Below are positions 46,069 to 56,408 of a stretch of DNA of 60,922 nt, piece by piece (within the stretch, counting starts at the first letter, position 1; each line of letters opens with the position of its first letter). This DNA is from an uncultured Clostridia bacterium (GTDB taxonomy: Bacteria > Bacillota > Clostridia > Christensenellales > UBA1242): assembly GCA_947625165.1 (NCBI GenBank), contig CANQNH010000001.1, forward strand, positions 1-60,922, read 5' to 3'. The position numbers and the translations under genes are program-made. The notes beneath the pieces are model-generated. The model was not told where the DNA came from, did no database searches, and worked only from the letters and a program-made list of their open reading frames with translations.

Positions 46069-47253
46069 ATGTTTAAAATTGAAAACATCATAAACAAAGC
46101 AAAAAAGCGACAAAAAACGATTGTTTTTCCTGAGGTCAGTTTCTCCGACCGCACCTTTGAGGCTGTCAAAATTTTGCAAAAGAAACATATTGTCAAAGTG
46201 TTGCTTGTCGGCGACGCAAGCGCTTTGATTTTGCGCAATAAAGCCTTTGAAAAATTTGAAATCGTCAATCCGGTCACCTTTCCAGAGCGCGAAAAACTTG
46301 TCAAGGCACTCTATGAAAAACGAAAGGCAAAAGGGCTGACTTTGCAGCAGGCAGACGAACTTGAAAAAGACCCATACTATTTTGCCACGCTTCTTGTTGA
46401 GTGCGGCTATGCGGATGGAATGGTTGCAGGGGCGGAGTGCTCGACAGCAAACACAATCAGACCAGCGCTTCAAATCATCAAAAGCAAAAACAAAAATGAG
46501 CCTGTTTCGTCCTTTTTCCTTCTTTTTGGAAAGAACAAATTTTTGAAAAATCAACCTCTTGTGCTGGCGGATTGTGGTGTGATTGAAAATCCAGATGCGG
46601 ACACTCTTTGCACAATTGCAAGCCAAAGCGTTGAAAGTGCCAAAGAGTTTGGAATTTTGCCAAAAGTGGCGTTTTTGAGTTATTCCACCAAGGGCAGTGC
46701 AAAGAGCGAGGCTGTTGACAAAATGAGATTGGCAAGCGAAAAATTTGCAAAGATGCATAAGGATGTTGTCTGTGACGGCGAATTGCAATTTGATGCTGCG
46801 CTTGTGCCAAATGTGGCACAAATCAAAGCACCAAACAGTGCGCTGAAAGGCAGTGCAAATGTGTTGATTTTCCCTGACATTCAGGCGGGGAACATCACCT
46901 ACAAGGCGTTGCAATATGTTGGGGGATTGAATGCGGTTGGCCCAATTTTGCAAGGCTTGAACAAACCTGTCAATGACCTTTCAAGAGGGTGCAGCATAAA
47001 TGACATCGTGCTTGCTGCGGCAATCACCGCTCTTCAATGTGAAGACACTCAAAGCAACCCTGAAAAGAAAGAAGAAAAACAACCGCAAAAGGTGAACGCA
47101 GAGCCGTCGAAACAGCAAAAAACCAAACCTGTCGCGGCGCAAAAAGTGGCTGTGGAACAAAAAACGGCCGCACTGTCAAAGACAAAAGCAAAACCTGAGC
47201 CGAAAAAATCAACAAAAACACAAAAATCAAAAAATGAGGAGAAAAAGAAATGA
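46069..47253 (+). CDS. pta: phosphate acetyltransferase with Lys-rich C-terminal extension
   Basis: TIVFPE, GYADGMVAGA, PLVLADCGV, FLSYSTKGSA, IFPDIQAGNITYK and NDLSRG. ATG 46069 follows GAGG. The tail carries about 70 extra K/Q/E/P-rich residues. Confidence 0.88.
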   Translation: MFKIENIINKAKKRQKTIVFPEVSFSDRTFEAVKILQKKHIVKVLLVGDASALILRNKAFEKFEIVNPVTFPEREKLVKALYEKRKAKGLTLQQADELEKDPYYFATLLVECGYADGMVAGAECSTANTIRPALQIIKSKNKNEPVSSFFLLFGKNKFLKNQPLVLADCGVIENPDADTLCTIASQSVESAKEFGILPKVAFLSYSTKGSAKSEAVDKMRLASEKFAKMHKDVVCDGELQFDAALVPNVAQIKAPNSALKGSANVLIFPDIQAGNITYKALQYVGGLNAVGPILQGLNKPVNDLSRGCSINDIVLAAAITALQCEDTQSNPEKKEEKQPQKVNAEPSKQQKTKPVAAQKVAVEQKTAALSKTKAKPEPKKSTKTQKSKNEEKKK

Positions 47254-48470
47254 AAATTTTGGTTATCAACGCAGGAAGTTCGTCATTGAAATATCAACTT
47301 CTTGATATGAAAACAGAAAAGGTGCTTGCAAAAGGTGTTTGTGACCGTATTGGTCTGCCAAAACCGGTGATTGAATATAAGCACAATGGACAAGTGCAAA
47401 CTTTTGAAGGGGCAAAAAACCACGACGAAGCAATCTCAAAAGTGCTTGAAATTTTAACAAACAAAGAATATGGCGTTTTGAAGAGCCTTGACGAAATTGA
47501 GGCTGTTGGACACCGTGTTGTTCAGGGTGGTTGGATTTTCAAAGAAAGCGTTTTGGTGACAGATGAAGTGTTGAAAAACCTCAAAAAACTTGACGACCTT
47601 GCACCGCTGCACAATCCTGCAAACGCGAAAGGTGCAAAGGCTTGCGCAAAGGCGATGCCAAATGTTCCACAAGTGCTGATTTTTGACACAGCATTCCATT
47701 CAACAATGCCAGAAAAAGCGTTTATGTATGCCATCGATTATAAAGATTTTGAAAAATACAATGTCAGAAAATATGGTGCGCACGGTTCAAGCCACAGATT
47801 TATCACGCTTGAAACCGCCAGAGTTTTGAACAAAAAGCCGGAAGATGTCAATGTGATTGTTTGCCACCTTGGAAATGGCTCTTCCATCACTGCTGTCAAA
47901 AACGGGCAGAGCGTTGACACATCAATGGGGCTCACTCCACTTCAAGGCGTTGTGATGGGCACTCGCTCGGGCGACATTGACCCAACTGTTGTGCAATATC
48001 TTGGCAAAAAGAAAAAACTTGATGTTGACGGAATGTTGACCTATCTCAACAAGCAGTGCGGTCTTTTGGGCGTTTCCGGCGTTTCAAGTGACCAGCGCGA
48101 AGTGATTGCAAAGGCAAAGGCGGGCGACCACAGATGCCAACTTGCTCTTGAAATGCTTGCATATTCGGTGAAGAAATACATCGGCAGTTATCTTGCTGTT
48201 TTGGGCAATTGTGATGCAGTTGTTTTCACGGGAGGAATTGGTGAAAATGGCGCAGAAACCCGTGAGGCAGTTTGTGAAGGGTTGGAGAATTTGGGCATTG
48301 TGCTTGACAAGAAAAAGAACGCCAATTTCCATCGTGGAGAGATTGAAGAAATTTCAACAGCGAAGTCGAAAATCAAAGTTTTCATCATTCCAACAAACGA
48401 GGAACTTATGATGGCGCGTGACACAAAACGCATTGTTGAGGGGCTTAAAAAGCGTAAAACAAGGGCATAA
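47250..48470 (+). CDS. ackA: acetate kinase
   Basis: MKILVINAGSSSLKYQL, HRVVQGG, FDTAFH, YGAHGSSH, CHLGNGSS, FTGGIGEN and IPTNEE. Confidence 0.95.
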   Translation: MKILVINAGSSSLKYQLLDMKTEKVLAKGVCDRIGLPKPVIEYKHNGQVQTFEGAKNHDEAISKVLEILTNKEYGVLKSLDEIEAVGHRVVQGGWIFKESVLVTDEVLKNLKKLDDLAPLHNPANAKGAKACAKAMPNVPQVLIFDTAFHSTMPEKAFMYAIDYKDFEKYNVRKYGAHGSSHRFITLETARVLNKKPEDVNVIVCHLGNGSSITAVKNGQSVDTSMGLTPLQGVVMGTRSGDIDPTVVQYLGKKKKLDVDGMLTYLNKQCGLLGVSGVSSDQREVIAKAKAGDHRCQLALEMLAYSVKKYIGSYLAVLGNCDAVVFTGGIGENGAETREAVCEGLENLGIVLDKKKNANFHRGEIEEISTAKSKIKVFIIPTNEELMMARDTKRIVEGLKKRKTRA

Positions 48471-48595
48471 AAGCCGAAAAAACGCAAAAATTTCAAAAAT
48501 CAAGTGAATTTGACTTGACAAAGTTTGTTTTTTGCGATAAAATATTGTGTAATCTGAAAAGTTTAAATTGAAATCGCACAAAAAGGAGAAGAAAA

Positions 48596-48793
48596 ATGGC
48601 AGTTCCAAAGCATAAAACTTCAAAACAGAGAAGAAACACTCGCAACAGCGCAAACTTTAATGCTGAGGCACCAACTCTTGTTGAATGCCCAAAATGTCAC
48701 GAACTTAAAAAACCACACACTGTTTGCAAAAACTGCGGAACATATAAAAACAAAACTGTTGTTGAAGACAAGAAAAAAGACACAAAAAAATGA
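48596..48793 (+). CDS. rpmF: 50S ribosomal protein L32
   Basis: MAVPKHKTSKQRRNTR and the CxxC...CxxC zinc knuckle. Confidence 0.92.
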   Translation: MAVPKHKTSKQRRNTRNSANFNAEAPTLVECPKCHELKKPHTVCKNCGTYKNKTVVEDKKKDTKK

Positions 48794-48796
48794 AAT

Positions 48797-48822
48797 AAAA
48801 CACCTTTCCGGGTGTTTTTTTT
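48797..48822 (+). terminator. rho-independent terminator after rpmF
   Basis: AAAACACC-TTTCCG-GGTGTTTTTTTT. Confidence 0.75.
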
Positions 48823-49146
48823 ATTGTCTTTTTTTAGAGGGGATTTGTTCTGTCGAAATCATTTGTCTTGTGTGAAGTCTTTTCTTTTAAGGTGATTTAT
48901 CCGTTTAAAATGATGTGCCATTTTGAGATGTTTTTTATTTTCTTTTGAGCTGTTTTTGGTTTTGTTTCAAACTGAACCCGCTTTTGTGATTGAGTTTTTT
49001 TGCTGTTTGCCGCCAAATTGCTGACAAAATGAGCATTTTTCTTTGATTTTAATGGAATTTTTTTGACTTTGGTGGAGCAAGTTTGCTATATTATACTATA
49101 TATTGTGCTTTATTTAATATATATGCGAGAAAACAAGGAGAAAAAT

Positions 49147-50157
49147 ATGAAAGTTGTTGTCGATGCTTTTGGGGGAGATAATGCACCACTTGAAGTTGTG
49201 GAAGGTGCTGTGCTGGCGGTTTCAAAAAACAAAAAATTGACCGTTGTTTTGACTGGTGACGAAAACAAAATCAAGGATATTTTGGGCGAAAGGAATGAGC
49301 GCATTGAGATTGTTGACGCCAAAGATGTGATTTCAAACAACGAAGCGCCAACGCTTGCCATAAGACAAAAAAAAGACAGTTCGCTTGTGCGTGCTTTTGA
49401 TGTTTTGAAAGATGATGACAAGGTTGTTGGGCTTGTTTCGGCAGGAAGCACGGGTGCTGTTTTGACGGGCGCAATTTTGAAAATTGGAAGAATTAAGGGC
49501 ATTTCAAGGCCAGCCCTGTGTCCAATTCTGCCAACAATCAAAAACGACAAAACTGTTATGATTTGTGATAGTGGCGCAAATGTGGACTGCAAAAGTGAAC
49601 ATCTTTTGCACTTCGCGATTATGGCTTCGGCATACTCTTCAATTATGACCGGTCAAAAAGAGCCAAAAGTTGCACTTCTCAACAATGGCACGGAGGAACA
49701 TAAAGGCAACGAATTGACCAAAGAAACTTATCCTCTTCTTCAAAAGTTGCCAATCAATTTTGTTGGGAATGTTGAGGCGCGGGATGTTATGTCGGGCGAT
49801 GTTGATGTGATTGTGACTGATGGTTTTGCGGGCAATGTTCTTTTGAAAAGTGTTGAAGGGGTTGCAAGTGGAATGTCAAAACTCATCAAAATGGAAGCAA
49901 AAAAGAATGTGTTTTCAATGCTTGGCGCTTTGATGATGGGAAAGTTTAAGGGCTTGAAAGCGAAAATGGACATCAACAAATATGGCGGAGCACCATTCTT
50001 GGGCTGCAAAAAACTTGTTGTCAAAACACACGGCTCGGCAAACAGAGAGATTGTTTGCAACACAATTTTGCAGGTTGTCAAACTGCACGAGAACAAACTT
50101 AACGAGCAAATTGAAAAACTCGTGCTTGAAATGAATGGTGAGGTGAATGCAGAATGA
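49147..50157 (+). CDS. plsX: phosphate acyltransferase PlsX
   Basis: MKVVVDAFGGDNAP, VSAGSTGA, DGFAGNVLLK and GAPFLG. Confidence 0.92.
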   Translation: MKVVVDAFGGDNAPLEVVEGAVLAVSKNKKLTVVLTGDENKIKDILGERNERIEIVDAKDVISNNEAPTLAIRQKKDSSLVRAFDVLKDDDKVVGLVSAGSTGAVLTGAILKIGRIKGISRPALCPILPTIKNDKTVMICDSGANVDCKSEHLLHFAIMASAYSSIMTGQKEPKVALLNNGTEEHKGNELTKETYPLLQKLPINFVGNVEARDVMSGDVDVIVTDGFAGNVLLKSVEGVASGMSKLIKMEAKKNVFSMLGALMMGKFKGLKAKMDINKYGGAPFLGCKKLVVKTHGSANREIVCNTILQVVKLHENKLNEQIEKLVLEMNGEVNAE

Positions 50158-50774
50158 TTGAGCAAAAACTGGACTTTAAGTTTTCTGACAAAACGCTTTT
50201 GACAAGAGCACTGACACACCCTTCAAAGTCAAAAGACAACTATCAACGCTTGGAATTTTTGGGCGACAGCATACTGAATTTTTTGGCAGGGGAATATCTT
50301 TTCAAACACAGCGACAAACACGAGGGCGACCTCACGGTTTTGCGCGCGCACTATGTTTCGGAAGAGCATCTTGCCAAATGTTTTGACGAGATGCAACTTG
50401 GCGAAGATGTGATTTTGGGCAACAGTTTGAAAGGCAAAGTGACAACGGCAATCAAAGGGGACATCATTGAGGCAATCATCGCGGGGATTTATCTTGATGC
50501 CGGTCTTGAAAGTGCAAGAAAATTTGTGGTGGGCAAGTTGCATATTGCCGATTTTGAAACTGCCGAAGATGACAATTTCAAATCGCAACTTCAAGAACTT
50601 GTGCAGGCAAATTTCAAGTGCGCGATGAAATATGAAACCACAAAAGCGGAGGTTGGTTTTCAGGCAAAATTCTTTATGGATGAGGACTTGATTGCAACCG
50701 GCTATGGTGCGGACAAAACAAAGGCAGAGCAAAATTGTGCATATGTTGCCATCAAAAAACTTTTTGAAGAATGA
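50154..50774 (+). CDS. rnc: ribonuclease III
   Basis: LLTRALTHPS, YQRLEFLGDSILNF, GDIIEAIIAGIYLD, and a C-terminal dsRBD (FKSQLQELVQ...). Confidence 0.9.
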   Translation: MIEQKLDFKFSDKTLLTRALTHPSKSKDNYQRLEFLGDSILNFLAGEYLFKHSDKHEGDLTVLRAHYVSEEHLAKCFDEMQLGEDVILGNSLKGKVTTAIKGDIIEAIIAGIYLDAGLESARKFVVGKLHIADFETAEDDNFKSQLQELVQANFKCAMKYETTKAEVGFQAKFFMDEDLIATGYGADKTKAEQNCAYVAIKKLFEE

Positions 50775-50831
50775 TGATGTGAAGTTTGAGTTAAAATTTC
50801 CTCAACATCAAAAAAAATAGCAGGTGAAAAT

Positions 50832-53800
50832 ATGTATTTTAAAAAAATTGAAATGATTGGGTTCAAATCGTTTGCGGACAGAACTGTCATCGAATTTAAT
50901 GGCGGTTTCACAGGCATTGTTGGCCCAAACGGCTGCGGAAAAAGCAATATTTCGGAGGCGATCCGCTGGGTGCTTGGTGAACAAAGTGCCAAATCTCTTC
51001 GTGGTGACAATATGCAGGATGTCATCTTCAAAGGCACAGAAAAAAGAAAAAGCCTTTCATACTGCGAAGTGACACTGACTTTTGACAACACTGACCGCTT
51101 TTTCAACATCGCCTTTGACGAACTGTCAATCACGCGAAAACTCTATCGCTCGGGCGAGAGTGAATATCTCATCAACAAAAACACTTGCAGGCTGAAAGAC
51201 ATCAACAACCTCTTGTTTGACAGCGGAATTGGAAAAAATGGCTATTCTGTGATAAGTCAGGGCAAGGTCAGCGAAATCGTGGACGAAAAGCCGGAAGAAC
51301 GCAGAATTATGTTTGAAGAGGCGGCTGGAATTTCTAAATTCAAATCCAGAAAAGACGAGGCCGAGAAAAAACTTGCCAACACAAGAGACAACCTTGTGCG
51401 TATTGACGACATCACGGCGGAAATTGAAAGGCAGATGGGCCCGCTGAAAAAACAGGCTGAGGACGCAAAGAAATATCTCCAATTTCGTGGCGAACTGAAA
51501 GATTTGGAAGTTAATGCCTATGTTTTTCAGTATGAAAATTCGCACGTGGTCAAAGAACAAATCAAAGCCAAAATGCAGGCGATTGAAGAAGAAATGTTTG
51601 CGCGTCAAAGTGATTTGGAACGACAAAATCAGGAATATTCTCAACAAATGGACCTTTTGTCTGAGTATGACAAAAAGATTTCTGGCCTTCACGACAAAGA
51701 GTTGCAACTGACGGTTGAACTTGAAAAACAAGAGGGCGAAACCAGAGTTGTCCGCGAGAAAATCAACTTCACAAACCGCGAAAACGACAGAATAAACCTT
51801 GACATTTCAAATGCTCAGGCAATTCTTGAAGCAAGCGACGAGCAAGAGGCTGCGAAATCGCAAGAGAAGAAATCGCTGCAAGAACGCTTGGATGCGCTGA
51901 ACCTTTCGTATGAAGAACTTTCTGAAAAACATCTCCGCATTGTTGATGAAATGTCTTTGAGCGAAACGCAGACGGGCGAATCTCAACAGAAAATCATTGA
52001 AACTTTGGGCTCGCTTGGTGATGTGAAGAGCAACGTTTCAAGGTTGGAAACAGAAAAAAATCTTCTTCTTGAAAGCCGCAAGAATTTGGAGAAAAATCTT
52101 GCAGATGTGGAATATAAACTTGAAAATGTTTCCAAACTTCAAAAAAATAGTGAAACGGTTATCGCTTCCTCAAAAAGTGACTTTGACCGCATCAAAACAG
52201 AAGCGGAAGAACTTGCAGGGCGCATATTTGTTGGCACAAACAGTGTTGCCGAACTTGAAGTTGAAAGAAACAACCTTTCAACTCAAATCAAGGTGTATGA
52301 AAACCGCAAAAAACTTTTGACAGAAATGCAGACTGAGTTTGAGGGCTATGCACCGGCTGTGAGAAAAATTTTGAAAGAAAGCGAGCGCAATTCTGACATT
52401 CGCAGCAAAATGGTTGGCGTGCTTGCAAACCTCATCAAAGTGCCTGCACAATATGAAACTGCGATTGATATTGCACTTGGCTCTGCTGTGCAAAACATTG
52501 TGACATACGATGAAGATGGCGCAAAGGATTTGATTTCTTTCCTCAAACAGAACCAATATGGCCGCGCAACCTTCCTTCCAATTTCAAGTATGAAAAGGCG
52601 TGACCTTGATGAGCGCGTCGTGGCAGGAAAGAAGGGTGTTTTTGGCGTTGCCAGCAAGTTGATTTCTTATGACAGAAAAATTGACAATGTTGTCAGCAAT
52701 CTTTTGGGCGGAACGGTTGTTGTTGACAATATGGACACAGCAATCAATCTTGCAAGAGAAAATCGTTTTTCATTCAGGATTGTGACAATCGGCGGAGATG
52801 TTGTCAGCACGCAAGGTTCACTGACGGGTGGAAGCAAAAAGTCAGAATCTGCAAATCTGATTTCGCGTCAAAGGGAGATTGAAACGCTGACAAGCGACCT
52901 TGAAGATATGCAACTTAAAGAGGTTGAACTTCGAAGAAAAATTGACTATCTCAAAGCGGACTTGGAGGGCTCACGAAAGAATGAGGCAATTTTGCAAGCG
53001 CAGAAAAACGAACTTGACATCAAACTTGCAAAAGAGCAAGAAAAACTTGATGCAATCAGCAAGGAGATTGCCGAACTTTCTGACGAAAAATCTGCTTTTG
53101 AAATGGAAAAAACCACTGTTGAAAACAAGTTGAAGATGATTGAAGGGGAACTTTCGCAAGTCAACTTGATGCAAAATGCACTCAGTGGCAACAAACAAGA
53201 TGCCGACATTCTCATCAAGCAGAGGCAGGAGAGATACAACAAAATTCGCGCTGAGCGCGATGAAATTGTGGCAAATATGACCACAGTGAAGGTGGAAATT
53301 GCATCTTGCGAAGAGAAATTGAAGGCAAATGCTGACGAACTTGACAGAATTTTGCTTGAAAAAGACAGACAACTGTCAAACATTGAAGCGCTCAAATCAC
53401 ACCTTGCTGAAAATGAGAAGTTTATTGCTGGCGCAGAAGAGATGATAAGGCAACAAATTGAAAACGCAAAACCTTCTGAGGCAAAAAACAACCTGCAGAA
53501 AATAAGAAAAGAGCGTGAAGATTTGGAAAACAGCAAAGTTGCAATCTCGGCGAACATCAAAAAACTTGATGACGACAAGACAAACACTGTTGCGGAAATT
53601 GCCAAAGTCAACGACAAGAAATATCGTGAAGAAACCAATTTGCAGCGTGTTGACACAGAACTTGAAGCGATGCAAGAGCGGATTTATGAGGAATATTCTC
53701 TGACATATCAAGATTGCTTGGAGTTTAGGCGTCCAGATTTTGACATCAAAGAGGCGTCAATTTCGATTGGCAAGTTGAAGAAAGAGATTTCTGCACTTGG

Positions 53801-54458
53801 GCCAGTCAACGTCCACGCCATAGATGATGTCTCAACGCTTTTGGAAAGATACAACGAAATGACAACGCAGGCAGATGACCTGAAAAAAGCCGAAGATGAC
53901 CTTGTGAAAATCATCAAGGACCTTTCGGGCGAAATGCTGACAAAATTTAATGACGAATTCAACAAAATCAATGACAGTTTCAAAGTTGTGTTCAGAGAGT
54001 TGTTTGGTGGCGGAAATGCGAGATTGGAACTGACTGAGGCTGAGGACTCACTTGAAGCCGGCGTTGAGATTATGGTTCAACTGCCGGGCAAAGCGGCAAA
54101 CAAACTTTCGCTTTTGTCGGGCGGAGAGAAAACTTTGACAGCAATTGCACTTTTGTTTGCAATTCTCAGATTGAAGCCACTGCCTTTCTCGCTTTTGGAC
54201 GAAATTGAGGCGGCTCTTGACGATGCAAACATTGAAAGATTTGCGCTTTATTTGAAAAAACTGTCGCAAACAACACAATTTATTGTCATCACACACAGAA
54301 AGCCGACAATGGAACTTGCTGACAGCCTTTATGGTGTCACAATGGAAGAAAAGGGTGTGTCAAAGATTGTTTCTGTCAAACTTGCAGATGCAATCAAGCA
54401 GTCGGATGAGGAAACGGAAAACTCTTCATCTGCACAGAAAGAGCAGGTTGAAGTGTGA
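50832..54458 (+). CDS. smc: chromosome partition protein Smc
   Basis: FKSFADRTVIEFNGGFTGIVGPNGCGKSNI is Walker A. Long coiled coils flank the hinge (GVLANLIKVPAQYETAIDIALG). LSGGEKTLTAIALLFAI is the signature motif and LLDEIEAALD is Walker B. Confidence 0.95.
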   Translation: MYFKKIEMIGFKSFADRTVIEFNGGFTGIVGPNGCGKSNISEAIRWVLGEQSAKSLRGDNMQDVIFKGTEKRKSLSYCEVTLTFDNTDRFFNIAFDELSITRKLYRSGESEYLINKNTCRLKDINNLLFDSGIGKNGYSVISQGKVSEIVDEKPEERRIMFEEAAGISKFKSRKDEAEKKLANTRDNLVRIDDITAEIERQMGPLKKQAEDAKKYLQFRGELKDLEVNAYVFQYENSHVVKEQIKAKMQAIEEEMFARQSDLERQNQEYSQQMDLLSEYDKKISGLHDKELQLTVELEKQEGETRVVREKINFTNRENDRINLDISNAQAILEASDEQEAAKSQEKKSLQERLDALNLSYEELSEKHLRIVDEMSLSETQTGESQQKIIETLGSLGDVKSNVSRLETEKNLLLESRKNLEKNLADVEYKLENVSKLQKNSETVIASSKSDFDRIKTEAEELAGRIFVGTNSVAELEVERNNLSTQIKVYENRKKLLTEMQTEFEGYAPAVRKILKESERNSDIRSKMVGVLANLIKVPAQYETAIDIALGSAVQNIVTYDEDGAKDLISFLKQNQYGRATFLPISSMKRRDLDERVVAGKKGVFGVASKLISYDRKIDNVVSNLLGGTVVVDNMDTAINLARENRFSFRIVTIGGDVVSTQGSLTGGSKKSESANLISRQREIETLTSDLEDMQLKEVELRRKIDYLKADLEGSRKNEAILQAQKNELDIKLAKEQEKLDAISKEIAELSDEKSAFEMEKTTVENKLKMIEGELSQVNLMQNALSGNKQDADILIKQRQERYNKIRAERDEIVANMTTVKVEIASCEEKLKANADELDRILLEKDRQLSNIEALKSHLAENEKFIAGAEEMIRQQIENAKPSEAKNNLQKIRKEREDLENSKVAISANIKKLDDDKTNTVAEIAKVNDKKYREETNLQRVDTELEAMQERIYEEYSLTYQDCLEFRRPDFDIKEASISIGKLKKEISALGPVNVHAIDDVSTLLERYNEMTTQADDLKKAEDDLVKIIKDLSGEMLTKFNDEFNKINDSFKVVFRELFGGGNARLELTEAEDSLEAGVEIMVQLPGKAANKLSLLSGGEKTLTAIALLFAILRLKPLPFSLLDEIEAALDDANIERFALYLKKLSQTTQFIVITHRKPTMELADSLYGVTMEEKGVSKIVSVKLADAIKQSDEETENSSSAQKEQVEV

Positions 54459-54514
54459 TGCGAGTTGCTTTTGAAGCGCTTTTTCTTCAAGCATAAACAA
54501 ATGGAGTTTTGAAA

Positions 54515-55411
54515 ATGGGACTTTTTAAGAAAATTGGAAACGCACTGAAAAAAACAAAAGATGCTTTCAATCGGAAGATTGACGCTCTTTTAAGTCACGG
54601 CGAAGTTGATGACGACCTCTTTGATGACCTCACGGATGTTTTGATTTCGTCTGACATTGGTGTGAAGGCGTCTTTGGAGATTGTTGAGGATTTGCGAAGT
54701 GAGTGCCACAAAAGAAAAATTCGCAAAGCGGAGGATGTTAAGGCGGTTTTGAAGGAAATCGTCGAAAAACTTCTCACTGATGCACCTGCCATTGAAATTG
54801 AATATCCTGCAATCATCACAATCATCGGTGTGAACGGAGTTGGAAAGACCACAACAATCGGCAAACTTGCACAATATTTCAAAAATGCAAAGAAAAGCGT
54901 CACACTTGTTGCTGGGGACACTTTCCGCGCGGCTGCATCATCGCAGTTGAGTGAGTGGGCAGAGCGGACAAAAACAAGAATAATCAAGCACGCCGAGGGC
55001 GCTGATGCGGGAGCGGTTGTTTTTGATGGCATCGCAAGTGCAAAAGCAAACAAAACAGATGTGCTGCTTGTGGACACTGCTGGCAGGCTTCACACAAAAA
55101 CAAACCTTATGGCAGAGTTGAAAAAAATTGAGAAAATCATCGACAAAGAATATCCTGATGCGCACAAATACAACCTCATTGTGCTTGACGCCACAACTGG
55201 ACAAAATGCTCTTGTGCAAATCAATGCTTTTGCTGAATATGCACACATTGATGGCATTGTTTTGACCAAACTTGACGGAACTGCAAAAGGCGGGGTGATT
55301 ATTGCGATTGAAAAGGAATATCATCTTCCTGTTGTGTTTGTCGGAACGGGTGAAAAAGTTGAAGATTTGGACAAGTTTGATGCAAAAGATTTTGTTGACG
55401 AACTTTTCTAA
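54515..55411 (+). CDS. ftsY: signal recognition particle receptor FtsY
   Basis: IIGVNGVGKTTTIGKLA, VAGDTFRAAA, DTAGRLH and TKLDGTAKGG. Confidence 0.93.
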   Translation: MGLFKKIGNALKKTKDAFNRKIDALLSHGEVDDDLFDDLTDVLISSDIGVKASLEIVEDLRSECHKRKIRKAEDVKAVLKEIVEKLLTDAPAIEIEYPAIITIIGVNGVGKTTTIGKLAQYFKNAKKSVTLVAGDTFRAAASSQLSEWAERTKTRIIKHAEGADAGAVVFDGIASAKANKTDVLLVDTAGRLHTKTNLMAELKKIEKIIDKEYPDAHKYNLIVLDATTGQNALVQINAFAEYAHIDGIVLTKLDGTAKGGVIIAIEKEYHLPVVFVGTGEKVEDLDKFDAKDFVDELF

Positions 55412-55417
55412 AATTTT

Positions 55418-55464
55418 TGCATAATACACAATATGTGTGGTGGTATGCACTGCATAATACACCA
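55418..55464. repeat. three-arm palindromic terminator element, copy 2
   Basis: TGCATAATACACA-ATAT-GTGTGGTGGTATGCA-C-TGCATAATACACCA lies directly after the ftsY stop and is followed by a T-rich run. Confidence 0.75.
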
Positions 55465-55553
55465 AATGTTTTGTTTTTGTGCTTGACCATATTTGATTTT
55501 TTTAGGCAAAAACTGACAAAATTCGGCATATAAATTCTTGGAAAGGAGTTTGT

Positions 55554-56279
55554 ATGGTTTTTGAAAGTTTTGCCTATTTTTTCAGTCGCATATGTTTGTT
55601 TACAAACTTTGTCAACACTGCTCAGGGGTTTCCAAAGCCATTGACTTTGGAGGAAGAAAAAGCCGAATTTGAAAAGATGAAAAAGGGCGATGCAAAAGCG
55701 CGCGAGAAACTGATAAGTCACAATCTTCGTCTTGTGGCGCATATTGTGAAGAAATACACCAACTCTTTGGAGGCCGATGACCTTTTGTCTGTGGGAACGA
55801 TTGGCCTTATCAAAGCGATTGACACTTTTGACTATGGCAAAAAGGTGCAACTTTCCACATACGCTGCAAGGTGCATAAACAATGAAATTTTGATGCTTAT
55901 CCGTGCAAACAAAAAGCACAAAAATGTTGTGTCAATCAACAGTTTGACAAGCAATAATGATGATGACAAGGACTTGGAACTGAAAGATGTTTTGTCAAGT
56001 GATGATGAAGAAATTTTTGTGCAGGTTGAAACCAATATGACAATGCAAAAAGTCAAAAAAATCATCAATGAGAAACTGAGCGAAAGAGAACAAAGGGTGA
56101 TTAAATTGCGCTATGGCATTGATTGCCCAAAAGCACTGACACAAAAAGAGGTTTCTCAGGAACTTGGAATTTCGCGTTCATACATTTCTCGCATCGAAAA
56201 CAAGACGCTGGAAATCATAAGGGCGGAGTTTCCTCAAACCGCAAACTTTGAGCAGGCAAAAAGAGAGAAAAAAAGTTGA
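55554..56279 (+). CDS. sigK: sporulation sigma factor (pro-)SigK
   Basis: A hydrophobic pro-sequence is followed by GFPKPLTLEEE, SHNLRLVAHIVKKY, GTIGLIKAIDTF, STYAARCINNEILM and LGISRSYISRIENK. This is very close to the B. subtilis SigK pattern (AFPQPL...HNLRLVAHIVKKF). Confidence 0.8.
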   Translation: MVFESFAYFFSRICLFTNFVNTAQGFPKPLTLEEEKAEFEKMKKGDAKAREKLISHNLRLVAHIVKKYTNSLEADDLLSVGTIGLIKAIDTFDYGKKVQLSTYAARCINNEILMLIRANKKHKNVVSINSLTSNNDDDKDLELKDVLSSDDEEIFVQVETNMTMQKVKKIINEKLSEREQRVIKLRYGIDCPKALTQKEVSQELGISRSYISRIENKTLEIIRAEFPQTANFEQAKREKKS

Positions 56280-56408
56280 AAAACTTTTTTAATTTTCTTG
56301 ACACAAAAACTATTTGTTCTTAAAATATAATTAAAGAAGAAAAATTGTTTTTTCTCATAATTTTTTTGCAATAATTTCAACAAAACTCTTTTTTTGTGAG
56401 GTGGATGA

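Noticed and set aside
46030-46953. 307-aa minus-strand ORF
   Set aside because: It is antisense to pta, which has unambiguous motifs.
52946-53656. 236-aa minus-strand ORF, and others inside smc (51126-51731, 52971-53372)
   Set aside because: They are antisense to the smc coiled-coil region. Their Ser/Phe/Leu low complexity mirrors the Glu/Lys/Leu codons of smc.
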